Position numbers and translations under genes: made by a program | Part shown: one piece after another, positions 10,583 through 20,554 of the stretch | Position numbering within the stretch: position 1 is the first letter of the stretch | Layout of the letters: every line of letters begins with the position of its first letter | The notes under the pieces: generated by a model | What the model was told of the DNA's origin: nothing | The model's input: only the letters and a program-made list of their open reading frames with translations | The model's database searches: none | Source: an uncultured Desulfosarcina sp. | Lineage (GTDB): Bacteria > Desulfobacterota > Desulfobacteria > Desulfobacterales > Desulfosarcinaceae | Direction: 5' to 3' | DNA length: 64,000 nt | Assembly: GCA_963674945.2 (NCBI GenBank) | Contig: CAXXWQ010000002.1 | Coordinates: 384,001-448,000 of the forward strand

Positions 10583-11121
10583 AATTATGGGAGGATATCA
10601 TGCTATGCCAATTGAAAGGTATTGAAGAAGCGCTTGTTAATTTTTCGTTTTTTGACAGACTCAAAAGAAAAATTATATATTTACTATGTTTTATAAAATC
10701 CAAAATATATAAGGAAAACAGCACCTACTCTCAAAATACTAATAACATCTCTTCGATCAAAACGCCTTCACAAAATTGTGCCAATAAAATCATCCCATTA
10801 AACCTTAGGGCTGGTGAACTTGTAAAAGTAAAGTCGGTTGAAGAGATAAAAAGAACACTTGATCAAAATAATAAATATCAAGGGCTAGCATATACGCCGG
10901 TTATGTGGAAATTCTGCGGCGGCACATATACCGTCCTCAAAAAAGTAGAACTGGTATTTGATGAGCGAAAATGGAAGTTGTCAAAGGTAAAAAATATCGT
11001 GTTGCTTGATGGCGTGTTTTGCGATGGAGTCGGTGGTATCGAAAAAGCATGGGACGGTTGTGACCGGACATGTTTTATCTGGTGGAAAGAAGGATGGTTG
11101 GAAAGGCTTCAGGATAAGTAA
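10579..11121 (+). CDS. conserved Cys-containing hypothetical protein of EPS clusters (start may be ATG 10600)
   Basis: LNLRAGELVKVKSxEEI...CDG...GCDRTCFIWWKEGWL; GGAGG before 10600. Confidence 0.65.
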   Translation: MKLWEDIMLCQLKGIEEALVNFSFFDRLKRKIIYLLCFIKSKIYKENSTYSQNTNNISSIKTPSQNCANKIIPLNLRAGELVKVKSVEEIKRTLDQNNKYQGLAYTPVMWKFCGGTYTVLKKVELVFDERKWKLSKVKNIVLLDGVFCDGVGGIEKAWDGCDRTCFIWWKEGWLERLQDK

Positions 11122-11127
11122 AAAGGC

Positions 11128-12039
11128 ATGAGAATATTTATCCAATATAGTTTGATTTTTTTGTGTATTGTGATTGTTTCAGGATGTTCAGCTCGGAAAA
11201 AAGTTGAAAAGAATCCACTAATTGACTCAATTATTTCAGAAGTGTCGACACAGAATATTAAATCTTCAATTACCGATCTGGTTGGGTTTGAAACCCGTTA
11301 TCCATACGATAAACAGATTAAATCCGCTGAATACATTTACGAGCGCTTATACCAATACCTTGATAAAGTTAATTACCACACGTATGAATACTGGGGTGTT
11401 GAATGGAAGAATGTAGTCGGTACCATTGAAGGGAATAAATATCCGGAACAGACTATCGTTGTCTGTGCACACTTTGATACTAAATCTGAGAAGCAGCTCG
11501 TCTATGCACCTGGTGCTGATGATAATGCAAGTGGCTGCGCTGGCGTAATTGAGCTTGCCCGAATCCTTTCAAAATATTCATTCGAAAAAACATTAAAATT
11601 CATTTTCTTTTCACGAGAGTCAACAGGACAAAATGGAAGTAACGCGTATGTTAAAAGCATTAACAGGGACAAGCTAAAAATCATTGCCGCGCTCAACATG
11701 GATATGATTGCCTATGGGCCGGCTGATGAGGATATCGATCTAGTAACGCGACCAGAGTATGCATGGCTTGCTGATACTGCTTTTTCCGTGAGCCGGGCAT
11801 ATGGGTTCAACGTGCGAAAAATAGTTAAAAAACAGTGTTACTGAGGAGATGAAGCTGCCTTCTGGTCAGAAGGTTATCCGGCACTGATCCTCATCGAAGA
11901 CTATCCGATAACTGAACACAACCCGAATCGGGATACGATAAATGATATCATATCCACCCTTAATTATGATCTTGCTGGAAGATCGACGAAAGTTGCGGCT
12001 ACTATTCTATGCTATCTTGCCGGGATAACAGAAAAATGA
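11128..12039 (+). CDS. M28 metallopeptidase-fold lipoprotein, probable selenoprotein (Sec239 at TGA 11842-11844), 303 aa
   Basis: Lipobox VSGC; AHFD, PGADDNASG, NMDMI; frame continues past TGA with M28-type C-terminus GDEAAFWSEGYPALILIED...TEK*; SECIS-like hairpin follows. Confidence 0.75.
11845..11879 (+). promoter_or_regulatory. candidate bacterial SECIS element
   Basis: Stem GCCTTCT(11857-63)/AGAAGGT(11868-74), loop GGTC beginning 19 nt after the TGA. Confidence 0.7.
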
Positions 12040-12055
12040 CATATTACCTCAAACT

Positions 12056-13165
12056 ATGACGACGAAAGATAATACTGTTACATTAATGGCTGTTGGCGAT
12101 ATCATGCTTTCTGAAAACAGGGGAACAGGAAAAGCTATAAATCGTCATGGGCCTGAATATCCATTTTTAAAAATTAGAGAGTATCTTCAACAAGCGGATA
12201 TTCTTTTTGGGAATCTTGAAAGTCCTATCTCAAATAATGGAACCCCTTATCAAAAGCAAGATCCACATATGACATTTCGATCAAACCCCATATCTGTAAG
12301 GGGATTATCGTATTGTGGGTTCGGTGTATTATCACTTGCAAACAATCATACCCATGATTTTGGCAATGATGCGTTCTTTAATACCTTATCTATTTTAAAT
12401 GAAAATGAAATTAAATACGTGGGGGCTGGAATTGATGCTTTAACGGCACGAAGACCCGTGATGATTGATAGTTGTGGAATAAAAGTAGCATTTATAGCTT
12501 ATTCATGCTTCCTTAACCCGGCAACAAGGATTGCAAAAAAAAAACAAGGTGGAATAGCACATTTTAGAATAAAAGATGCTATAATAAATATTCAAAATAT
12601 TCGTACTAAAGCTGACGTTATTATAGTTTCAATGCACTGGGGACTTGATTTTTTGGAATACCCTATTCCGTTTCAGATGCAATATGCACGAGAAATGATT
12701 GATAACGGGGCGCATCTTATTATTGGCCACCATCCGCACTGCCTACAAGGAGTCGAAAAATACAAAAATGGAATCATTGTGTATAGCCTTGGAGACTTTA
12801 TTTTCGATGAACCCGATCAAGATACCTGTATTTTAAAATGCGCCATTTCAAAACAGGGTATTTACGATTTTGAAATAATTCCTGCTGTAATAACGAATAA
12901 TTTTCAGACTGAGATAGCTGTTGAAGACAGAGCAGAATATATTACAAGTAAAATTCTATCTCTTTCAAAAAAATATGAATGCATGAATTCAGATATTTCA
13001 AATGATATATTGAATAGATATATCTATATTAACTTATACGTATTCAAGCTGTCTTGGAATTTGGATGTATTGAAAAATTTGGGATCTTCATTTATAATAA
13101 GAAGGATCTTTCACCATTTATTTAAAAAGGTGATCAAATTCATTTTTCCCATTCTTAAAATTTAA
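12056..13165 (+). CDS. CapA/PGA_cap family metallophosphoesterase-fold protein
   Basis: AVGDIM, GNLES, LANNHTHD, MHWG, IGHHPH, YSLGDF. Confidence 0.9.
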   Translation: MTTKDNTVTLMAVGDIMLSENRGTGKAINRHGPEYPFLKIREYLQQADILFGNLESPISNNGTPYQKQDPHMTFRSNPISVRGLSYCGFGVLSLANNHTHDFGNDAFFNTLSILNENEIKYVGAGIDALTARRPVMIDSCGIKVAFIAYSCFLNPATRIAKKKQGGIAHFRIKDAIINIQNIRTKADVIIVSMHWGLDFLEYPIPFQMQYAREMIDNGAHLIIGHHPHCLQGVEKYKNGIIVYSLGDFIFDEPDQDTCILKCAISKQGIYDFEIIPAVITNNFQTEIAVEDRAEYITSKILSLSKKYECMNSDISNDILNRYIYINLYVFKLSWNLDVLKNLGSSFIIRRIFHHLFKKVIKFIFPILKI

Positions 13166-13191
13166 AGGCAGTAGCTGATGAGGACTATTCT

Positions 13192-14367
13192 ATGAGTAAA
13201 GAAAATCCAGTTCTTATCTTAGGCCTTTATCAAGGTGGCTTAGACATTGCGCGTAGTCTTGGAAAAAAAGGAATAAAGGTTTTTGGCATTGACAATGCCG
13301 AAGAAATAATCGGATCTTTTTCAAAATGGATAACAAGGCTTCATGCGCCTAAAAAGAATGAAGAACTCAGGGATTATTTAATTGAGTTCTCAAAAAGGTG
13401 CAACTCGAAACCAGTGTTGTATACAACAAGTGATACTTACCTTGTACTGGTTTTAAAATATCATGATATATTGTCGAAATATTTTTGTTATCCTGATAAT
13501 TTTAATGTCGCAAAAAAACTTGTATCCAAAGTTGAAACAGCGAAGCTTTTTCAATATTTAAAAATAAATTGTCCTAAAACATATATTATAAAAAAGGGTT
13601 TTCAATCAATTCCGCAAATAAACGATATTAAATTTCCAGTCATATTAAAACCTGATTATCATGATCTTTGGCAGGAGGAAAAAAGCATAGTAGAGTATAT
13701 AGGTCGGGGGCAACGTGTTAAGATAATAAAAGATGGGAACGAACTTGAATCGGCTGTAAATATGCTGGGTTCGTTTAGTGATATGGTTCTTCAGGAGTGG
13801 ATACCAGGCCCCAGTAAGAATAGTTTTTACTATACTGGTTATAGATCTGAAAATAGTAGAACTACGATAGCATGTGTAGGACAAAAAATAAAAACGTATC
13901 CCAATGGTACGGGGTCGGAAGTTCTTTTGACAGCAGTTAACATTCCTGAGATTAAAAAACAGGGAAATGAGATTCTTGATAATCTTAATTATATAGGTCA
14001 TGCCGGGATCGATTTTAAATACGATGATTACGATAAGAGTTTTAATGTAATTGAAATAAACAGTCGTTTTGGAATTAATGACGGATTTTGTGTCGACTTT
14101 CCATATATATATTATCAAGATATGCTGGGAGTACTCACAGAACAGCAATGCAATTATCCTGACGGCATTACATGGTGTGATTTTGAGAAAAACATCGAGT
14201 GGATAATAGAATATGGGAAAATGAAAGATATATTTACCTTTTTTATATCAATGTTGAAAGGTTATGATAAATATGCATTGTTTGATTGGAAAGACATGAA
14301 TCCTTCAATGAAAGAATGGAAGAGTTTCTGTATAAGAGTTATTAAATATACTGGGGTATGCACTTGA
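13192..14367 (+). CDS. ATP-grasp carboxylate-amine ligase (D-aspartate ligase-like); last codons supplied by IS1595
   Basis: IARSLG, FPVILKP, LQEWIPG, IDFKYD, IEINSRF; removing the IS restores the end IKYILKS*. Confidence 0.8.
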   Translation: MSKENPVLILGLYQGGLDIARSLGKKGIKVFGIDNAEEIIGSFSKWITRLHAPKKNEELRDYLIEFSKRCNSKPVLYTTSDTYLVLVLKYHDILSKYFCYPDNFNVAKKLVSKVETAKLFQYLKINCPKTYIIKKGFQSIPQINDIKFPVILKPDYHDLWQEEKSIVEYIGRGQRVKIIKDGNELESAVNMLGSFSDMVLQEWIPGPSKNSFYYTGYRSENSRTTIACVGQKIKTYPNGTGSEVLLTAVNIPEIKKQGNEILDNLNYIGHAGIDFKYDDYDKSFNVIEINSRFGINDGFCVDFPYIYYQDMLGVLTEQQCNYPDGITWCDFEKNIEWIIEYGKMKDIFTFFISMLKGYDKYALFDWKDMNPSMKEWKSFCIRVIKYTGVCT

Positions 14368-15398
14368 CTCCAGTGGCCACAACATATAGTGTACCAGTCT
14401 ATGGAGGAAGATTACCCCAGAACGTTGATAGAATTTGAAAAACGATTTAGCTCTGAAGCTGGATGCACTGACTATTTGATGGCTCTTAGATGGCCCGAAG
14501 GCTTCCGTTGCCCTCATTGCGGTTCTGCATCCTCGTGGAGAACTAAACGATCCCAGTTTCATTGTACTGATTGTGGAAATCAATCTACGATAACTTCCGG
14601 TACAATTTTTCACGGCACCAGAAAGCCCTTGTCTCTTTGGTTTCGGGCTATGTGGCACATTACAGGTCAGAAGTACGGAGCTAATGCACTTGGGCTTCAG
14701 AGAGTACTTAACCTTGGGAGTTATAATACCGCCTGGCAATGGCTCCATAAACTTCGAAGAGCAATGGTTCGTCCAGGACGTGACCGATTGTCCGGGATTG
14801 TTGAAGTTGATGAAACCTATGTCGGTGGGAAAAAGTCTGGAAAACGCGGTCGGGGTGCTGAAGGTAAAGCTTTGGTCGGTATTGCCGTGGAGGATAAAGG
14901 CCGAAAAGGAATTGGGCGAATTAGACTCTGGCACCTCGAAGACGCATCGGGAGATAGTCTGACTCAATTTGTACAAGAAATCGCCCAGCCAGGCAGCACC
15001 ATCAGGACGGATGATTGGCCCGGCTATAGCAGCCTTGGCGATAAAGGATTTAAGCATATTGCGATTCCATCGCATGACTTGAAGATTGTACATTTGGTAG
15101 CGTCGCTCATGAAACGATGGTTACTTGGTACTTATCAAGGGGCGGTCAGACCGTCTCATTTGATGTACTATTTGGATGAATTCACATTCAGGTTCAACCG
15201 TAGAACATCAGTGTCTCGCGGAAAACTATTTTACAGGCTGGTCCAACAGGCCGTGATGGTGGACCCTGCCCCAGCTAGTACTCTTAAAGGTGCATCGTTA
15301 CCGTTTTTGGAAGGGGCAGCAAATTTAAATCTCGATCCAATTGACGATGACCTGGGCCACAACATATAGTATGTGCTGGATTTAAGTGCATACCCCAG
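14351..15398 (+). mobile_element. IS1595-family insertion sequence, copy 1
   Basis: IRs CTGGGGTATGCACTTGACTCCAG / CTGGATTTAAGTGCATACCCCAG; TSD TTAAATATA at 14342-14350 and 15399-15407. Confidence 0.92.
14389..15369 (+). CDS. IS1595-family transposase
   Basis: Zn ribbon CPHC/CTDC, VEVDETY, TDDW, YLDEFTFRFNRR. Confidence 0.93.
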   Translation: MYQSMEEDYPRTLIEFEKRFSSEAGCTDYLMALRWPEGFRCPHCGSASSWRTKRSQFHCTDCGNQSTITSGTIFHGTRKPLSLWFRAMWHITGQKYGANALGLQRVLNLGSYNTAWQWLHKLRRAMVRPGRDRLSGIVEVDETYVGGKKSGKRGRGAEGKALVGIAVEDKGRKGIGRIRLWHLEDASGDSLTQFVQEIAQPGSTIRTDDWPGYSSLGDKGFKHIAIPSHDLKIVHLVASLMKRWLLGTYQGAVRPSHLMYYLDEFTFRFNRRTSVSRGKLFYRLVQQAVMVDPAPASTLKGASLPFLEGAANLNLDPIDDDLGHNI

Positions 15399-15595
15399 TT
15401 AAATATATTTTAAAAAGTTGATATATTATTTTTTTAATATAGAAAATATCTTGGAAAGATCTATATTAAATTACGTTTCGCATTGAGTGTAAACAAGTTT
15501 TCAAGAAGCGAAAAAAGAGTGATTCATTGATTTGAATATCAACAAATGTTAGAATGATAATTTTCAAACAGCGGATGAAGTTTTGAAAGAGCTTT

Positions 15596-16201
15596 TTGAA
15601 GGCTTATATCTATATTAATTATGTATTTGTTAAATTCAAGATAATGATTCTAAATTCCTTATTTAATAAAAGTTATCAATATTTATTAAAGAACAAAAGA
15701 CAAAGATACATTTCCTCCTTAGTAAAAAAGGGTCTAAAATTAGGAAAGAATATATCAATTATAGAGGATTTTTTTTTTGATCCTTCTCACTGCTTTTTGA
15801 TTTCAATAGGCAGCAATACAACAATTTCTCCAAATGTCCGTTTGATTGCTCATGATGCAAGTACAAAAAAAATCCTTGGTTATACGAAGATTGGTAAAAT
15901 TGATATCGGTGAAAACTGTTTTCTTGGGGATTCAGTGATCGTTCTTCCAAAAGTAAAAATAGGTTCTAATTCTATTATTGGTTCCGGTTCTGTTGTGACA
16001 AAAGACATTCCTCCAAATTCTATTGTAGCGGGAAATCCTGCTAAGGTTATTTCTAATCTCGATGAATACAAAAACAAAATTAAAAATATAGCGGAAAACA
16101 AAAAAGTCTTTGACAAGGAATATCATATTGAAAAACTTGATAATGAGAAACGAAAAGAAATTATTCAGTCCATTGGAAACTCAATAGGCTTCATTGTATA
16201 A
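15596..16201 (+). CDS. hexapeptide-repeat acyltransferase (start may be 15644)
   Basis: LbH repeats, VVTKDIP, AGNPAKVI. Confidence 0.85.
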   Translation: MKAYIYINYVFVKFKIMILNSLFNKSYQYLLKNKRQRYISSLVKKGLKLGKNISIIEDFFFDPSHCFLISIGSNTTISPNVRLIAHDASTKKILGYTKIGKIDIGENCFLGDSVIVLPKVKIGSNSIIGSGSVVTKDIPPNSIVAGNPAKVISNLDEYKNKIKNIAENKKVFDKEYHIEKLDNEKRKEIIQSIGNSIGFIV

Positions 16202-16309
16202 TTCAATCAGATAAAAACTTGAATGATAACTCATTGTTTCTATGTAATAAGGGCAAAAACAAATATTATACCGTAATTTGTATGAGTGGATTGAATTAAA
16301 GCCATTTAA

Positions 16310-18208
16310 CGTACATTCCGCACCCTTTTTCGAGGCTCTCTGTTCATTTTTTTTACTTTTACGGATTGAAAAATACTTCCGGACTGACGTTCAGCGCCGT
16401 TAGAAATTCAAGCTGAACAGTCCTTAGCGGTTTTACCAATTGTCTTCGTTTTCCTGATTTTGCTACCAGAATGCTTAAGAACTTCGTCGTCATCATAAAA
16501 GAGGTCGGACGCTTGGTTGGGCGGTTTTTCCATCCGGTGATTTCGCTTTCCGTTTTTTCTAAATGAAGCCGCATGCAGCGTTCCATCAAACGCCAAATGA
16601 GAAGTGCAATGAGCAGCACCAACCCGAGCACCTCAATACGGTTCGGCTTTTTCAAAAAGATGCTGTTGACGATAACCGGATCTTTCAAGAATCCAAAGTT
16701 TTGCTCGATGCCGCTCTGGTTTTTGTATAACGTTAAAAGGGTGACGGCAGGCCATTGGTACAACTCCTGTTGGCCGGACAGGTTGGATAGTAATACAAAG
16801 CATCCGGCTTCAAGACGTAGGGGCGCGACGGCATCCGCATCCACATCGATCTCTACATCGAGAAGATATTCATAACCGATTGGCGTGCGTGTTTTCCCTT
16901 TGGCGGGCCGTCCCCTGGGATATTTGGGCTCTTCTTTGATTTCATATTGTAGCTTGTGATAGCTGCGCTCAGCGGCTTTTTGGATTTTTTCGGCTGCCGC
17001 CTCGGCATCCGCCAGACAATAAAAAGGGCCTGCGTTGATTTTTTTGCAGTTTGTTTCAAGCTCCTTGCGTTTTTGCCCAAGCAATCGATCGATCAATACG
17101 CTTATGGCGCCTTTTATCATGCGCGGAGGAGTGAATAACGATAGCGCGGTACGTTTCATCGTACAGCTCAACGGTGGTTTCAAAGCCACGGTAATACGCT
17201 GCGGGACGTTTTTTCGTGGCCGGCGTTTCATTGAGTTTGCCCAAATCGATCCAGTTATCGGCGGCTACAGCATCAAAAATGGCACGGCCGCACTCCTTGT
17301 AGGTGGCCGGTAGCCGTGTCAGAAATTTTACATTTTTCTCTTTCGCTTTCACCAGATTGTCAGGCGTGACAAAGGCCGAGTCCGCGACATAAACGAAAGC
17401 CCCTGGTTCGAGACCGTGTCGGGCCATGTGCCGGGAGACACCTGCCAACAGTTCGTTGTTCAACGTCTTGTCCGATGCGTTACCGTCCTCGCATGTCCCC
17501 AAAATGGGAATATTGCGATCCACGCACAGCATCGAAACGAGAAACTGTTTCAGATCGGGTCGCTTGTCTTTGCTATGGCCATACGTGATCTTCAGCGGAG
17601 GATCGCTAAAATCATAATCCCCGAAAACGCTGATGGAGGTGGTATCAAAATGCAAACGACGGGGATCGATGTCAAAGATGCCAATCGCGTTTTGCGCAAT
17701 CTGTGAGAACACCTTTTGCGTACCGGTGTCGAATATCTTGTCCAGCACGCGGCCCAGATTGTAGTCACAGAAAAGTTCCGGTTCGACATCGTGGCCCAAA
17801 ATCAATTCGGCATCCTTTTCCTGGAAAAATTCTTCAAGCCGGTACAAAGGGGTTCTTCCCGAAAGTGTATCCAACACCATGGCCAGAACAGCGATTCCCG
17901 GTGAAAGTTCCATTTCACTGTCGACCATGGCGTCCAATGTTTCAACCAGCTTGATCTTTTTGGCAAAGTCTTTGATGATCGGTAGGTGGCCGACCTCGGA
18001 GAACGTCAGATTTTCAGGAACCAGATTGTCCATTTTGTCCTCTCAGCGTTTGAGTTGAAGCCTGTGAGGACATAACTACCAGAAATTACTATCAATGTCT
18101 ATGCATAAATTATTTCTTGTTATATCAATATGTAAAATATTTTATCCTCTTGGAGTTATTACAAAATAAATTCATCTGGAATCGTCTAAAAATGGTGTCG
18201 AAAGTAAG
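16310..18208 (-). mobile_element. IS1634-family insertion sequence
   Basis: Imperfect IRs CGTACATTCCGCACC / GGTGTCGAAAGTAAG; TSD ATTTAA at 16304-16309 and 18209-18214. Confidence 0.85.
16359..18033 (-). pseudogene. IS1634 transposase, frameshifted
   Basis: HFDTTS, YGHSKDKRPDLKQ, VADSA in ORF 17056-18033; YKNQSGIEQNFGFLK in ORF 16359-17231; 4-nt duplication at 17084-17094. Confidence 0.85.
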
Positions 18209-18274
18209 ATTTAACTTATCAGCTACAACCTACAACCAATGATCTATGAACTAATATAATTAAAAATTGACTTT

Positions 18275-19396
18275 ATGTTCTCATCCCATCGAAAAACGCG
18301 CATTATGCAGATAACTCATGATCTTGCAATTGGCGGACTTCAGCAGGTTGTAGTTAATATCTGCAGGACAATAAACAAAGAAAAATTTGATATATCTGTT
18401 CTTTGCCTTCGTGAACTAGGGGAGTTTGTTCCAGATGTTGAAAAAATTGGAATTAAGGTTTTCTATCTTCCTCAGAAAAATATTGGTACGGATTATTTTG
18501 CTTTTCTGAAAGTAGCTAACATTTTAAATCGTGAGCGGATAGATGTTATTCATACCCATAATACTCAGCCATTCACTGATGGAACTCTTGGTGCACTTTT
18601 AGCAGGTGTAAAAAATATTGTTCATACAGATCATGCTAGAAATTTTCCTGATAAAAAGAGATATATGTTTTCAGAGTGGTTTATGTCTCATTTCGCATAT
18701 AAAGTTGTAGGTGTTTCAGATCATACATCAAATAATCTTATGAAATATGAATATATATCTCCAAAAAAGATAGTAACCATTACCAATGGTATTGATGGTT
18801 CAAGATATGACATTACTATAGATAAAAATAAGAAGAGACAGGAATTAGGGATTAATTACGATGGCCCTGTAATAGGTCTCGGTGTAAGACTTTCGCCTCA
18901 AAAAGGAATTACATATCTTCTAAGGGCTATGCCGGATGTTATAAACAAATTTCCTAATATTTCACTTATAATCGCTGGAAAAGGAGAACTTGAAAGGGAA
19001 CTAAAACAGGAAGCTATTAATCTTGGAATTAATAACAATGTTTTTTTTGTTGGCCCAAGGCTTGATATACCGGAACTTTTGAAATTGTTTGATTTATATG
19101 TTCTTCCCTCACTTTGGGAAGGTCTGCCAATGGTATTAATTGAGGCAATGGCGGCTGGTTGTCCTATAGTTGCTACTGACGTAGGGGGAAATTCAACTGT
19201 TATAAAGCATGGAAACAACGGTTCCCTAATTCAGTCAGAAAGTCCACATTTATTAGCTTCAGAAATTATAAAAATATTGTCTGAAAATAAGCTAAAGAAT
19301 AAATATATTTCAAATAGCCTCGAAATTTTTCAAAAGAAGTTTAGTTCAAAGATAATGACAACAGAATATGAGAAACTATATTTAAGATCTGATTGA
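18275..19396 (+). CDS. GT4 glycosyltransferase
   Basis: GGLQQVV, PSLWEGLPMVLIEAMAAG. Confidence 0.92.
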   Translation: MFSSHRKTRIMQITHDLAIGGLQQVVVNICRTINKEKFDISVLCLRELGEFVPDVEKIGIKVFYLPQKNIGTDYFAFLKVANILNRERIDVIHTHNTQPFTDGTLGALLAGVKNIVHTDHARNFPDKKRYMFSEWFMSHFAYKVVGVSDHTSNNLMKYEYISPKKIVTITNGIDGSRYDITIDKNKKRQELGINYDGPVIGLGVRLSPQKGITYLLRAMPDVINKFPNISLIIAGKGELERELKQEAINLGINNNVFFVGPRLDIPELLKLFDLYVLPSLWEGLPMVLIEAMAAGCPIVATDVGGNSTVIKHGNNGSLIQSESPHLLASEIIKILSENKLKNKYISNSLEIFQKKFSSKIMTTEYEKLYLRSD

Positions 19397-19447
19397 TAAA
19401 CATTATTGAACCACAAGAATATTTATGAGACTATAAAGGGGGAAATA

Positions 19448-20482
19448 ATGACAGAAAAAGTTTCATTTTCTGTTACAACCTACGAGGGTCATGAAAAAGA
19501 AGTCCTTGAGATTTTAAATAGGAATAGACCTGAAAAGTTTTCGGTTAAATATTTAAACTGGCGCTATTTGGGAGAGAAATCGCCTATACCTCCGATCGTT
19601 TTTTGGATACATTCAGAAGATGGCACCCGTATAGGTATGTCTGCTCTAATATTTCGTTCTTATTGGGTAAACGATAAAAGACATTATTTTGCAATTAGCG
19701 GAGATACTTCAATAAGTAAGGAATGTCGAGGAAAAGGTGCTGGTAAAAAATTATTTAAATTCAAAACTGCATATATAAAAGATAAACGATATACTTGTGC
19801 ATTTGGAATTGGAACTCCAGCTGCGGTTAGAGTTGTTTCTCATGCTGGGTGGGAGACTGTAGACAATCTCTCTCCATATGTATATCTGATAAATATCTCG
19901 GGCAAAATATATAAAGTTATTAAAAATAAAAGTTTAGCAAAAATTATTGAGTATCTTTACGTCTTATGCAGTAAAACCAAATTGTTTTTATTAAAAAATA
20001 GCTCTTATAATTTAATAGCAGTTGAAGACTTCGACGACTCTTTTGATTCTTTTTGGGTGGAATTAGACAAAAAAAATATTGTCCTACGAGATAGAAGTTC
20101 TGCTATACTACGCTGGAGATACTCTACACACCCTTTTGAAAAAATATCAACATATAAAATTATTAGGAACCAGAAATTTGTGGGTTATATTATTTGGAAG
20201 CAATTAAACAATATGGTTATTATATATGATTTAATTGTTATTGAAAAAGACCATATAAAGCCTTCACTAAGATTATTTATTAAGGAAATCTTAAAAATAA
20301 AAGAAATTGAATCGATAAGAATTCCTTTGATAAACGTTAACCATCCATATGCTTCAAAATTAATAAAAACCGGTTTTATAAAAAGATCTGATGAGGGGGT
20401 CTTTCAAATTTATTCACCTACTAACACTGAAGAATATATTTCAAAGAAATGGTTTGTTTCCAATGTTGATAAAGATATATAA
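19448..20482 (+). CDS. GNAT-family N-acyltransferase
   Basis: YLNWRY, ECRGKG acetyl-CoA motif, LRWRY; ATG after GGGGG RBS. Confidence 0.75.
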   Translation: MTEKVSFSVTTYEGHEKEVLEILNRNRPEKFSVKYLNWRYLGEKSPIPPIVFWIHSEDGTRIGMSALIFRSYWVNDKRHYFAISGDTSISKECRGKGAGKKLFKFKTAYIKDKRYTCAFGIGTPAAVRVVSHAGWETVDNLSPYVYLINISGKIYKVIKNKSLAKIIEYLYVLCSKTKLFLLKNSSYNLIAVEDFDDSFDSFWVELDKKNIVLRDRSSAILRWRYSTHPFEKISTYKIIRNQKFVGYIIWKQLNNMVIIYDLIVIEKDHIKPSLRLFIKEILKIKEIESIRIPLINVNHPYASKLIKTGFIKRSDEGVFQIYSPTNTEEYISKKWFVSNVDKDI

Positions 20483-20554
20483 GTAATTTACAAAATATAA
20501 CTCATAAATATAAGAAAATAAAAGAAGCAAATTATTCTTTCAAGGATCAGTTCT

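Noticed and set aside
14305..15093. 262-aa antisense ORF (and 60333-61082)
   Set aside because: Shadow of the IS1595 transposase
15769..15778. T10 tract in the acyltransferase (also A9-10 tracts at ~812, 12535, 21212) as phase-variation sites
   Set aside because: All are in frame and expected in very AT-rich genes; no evidence of variation
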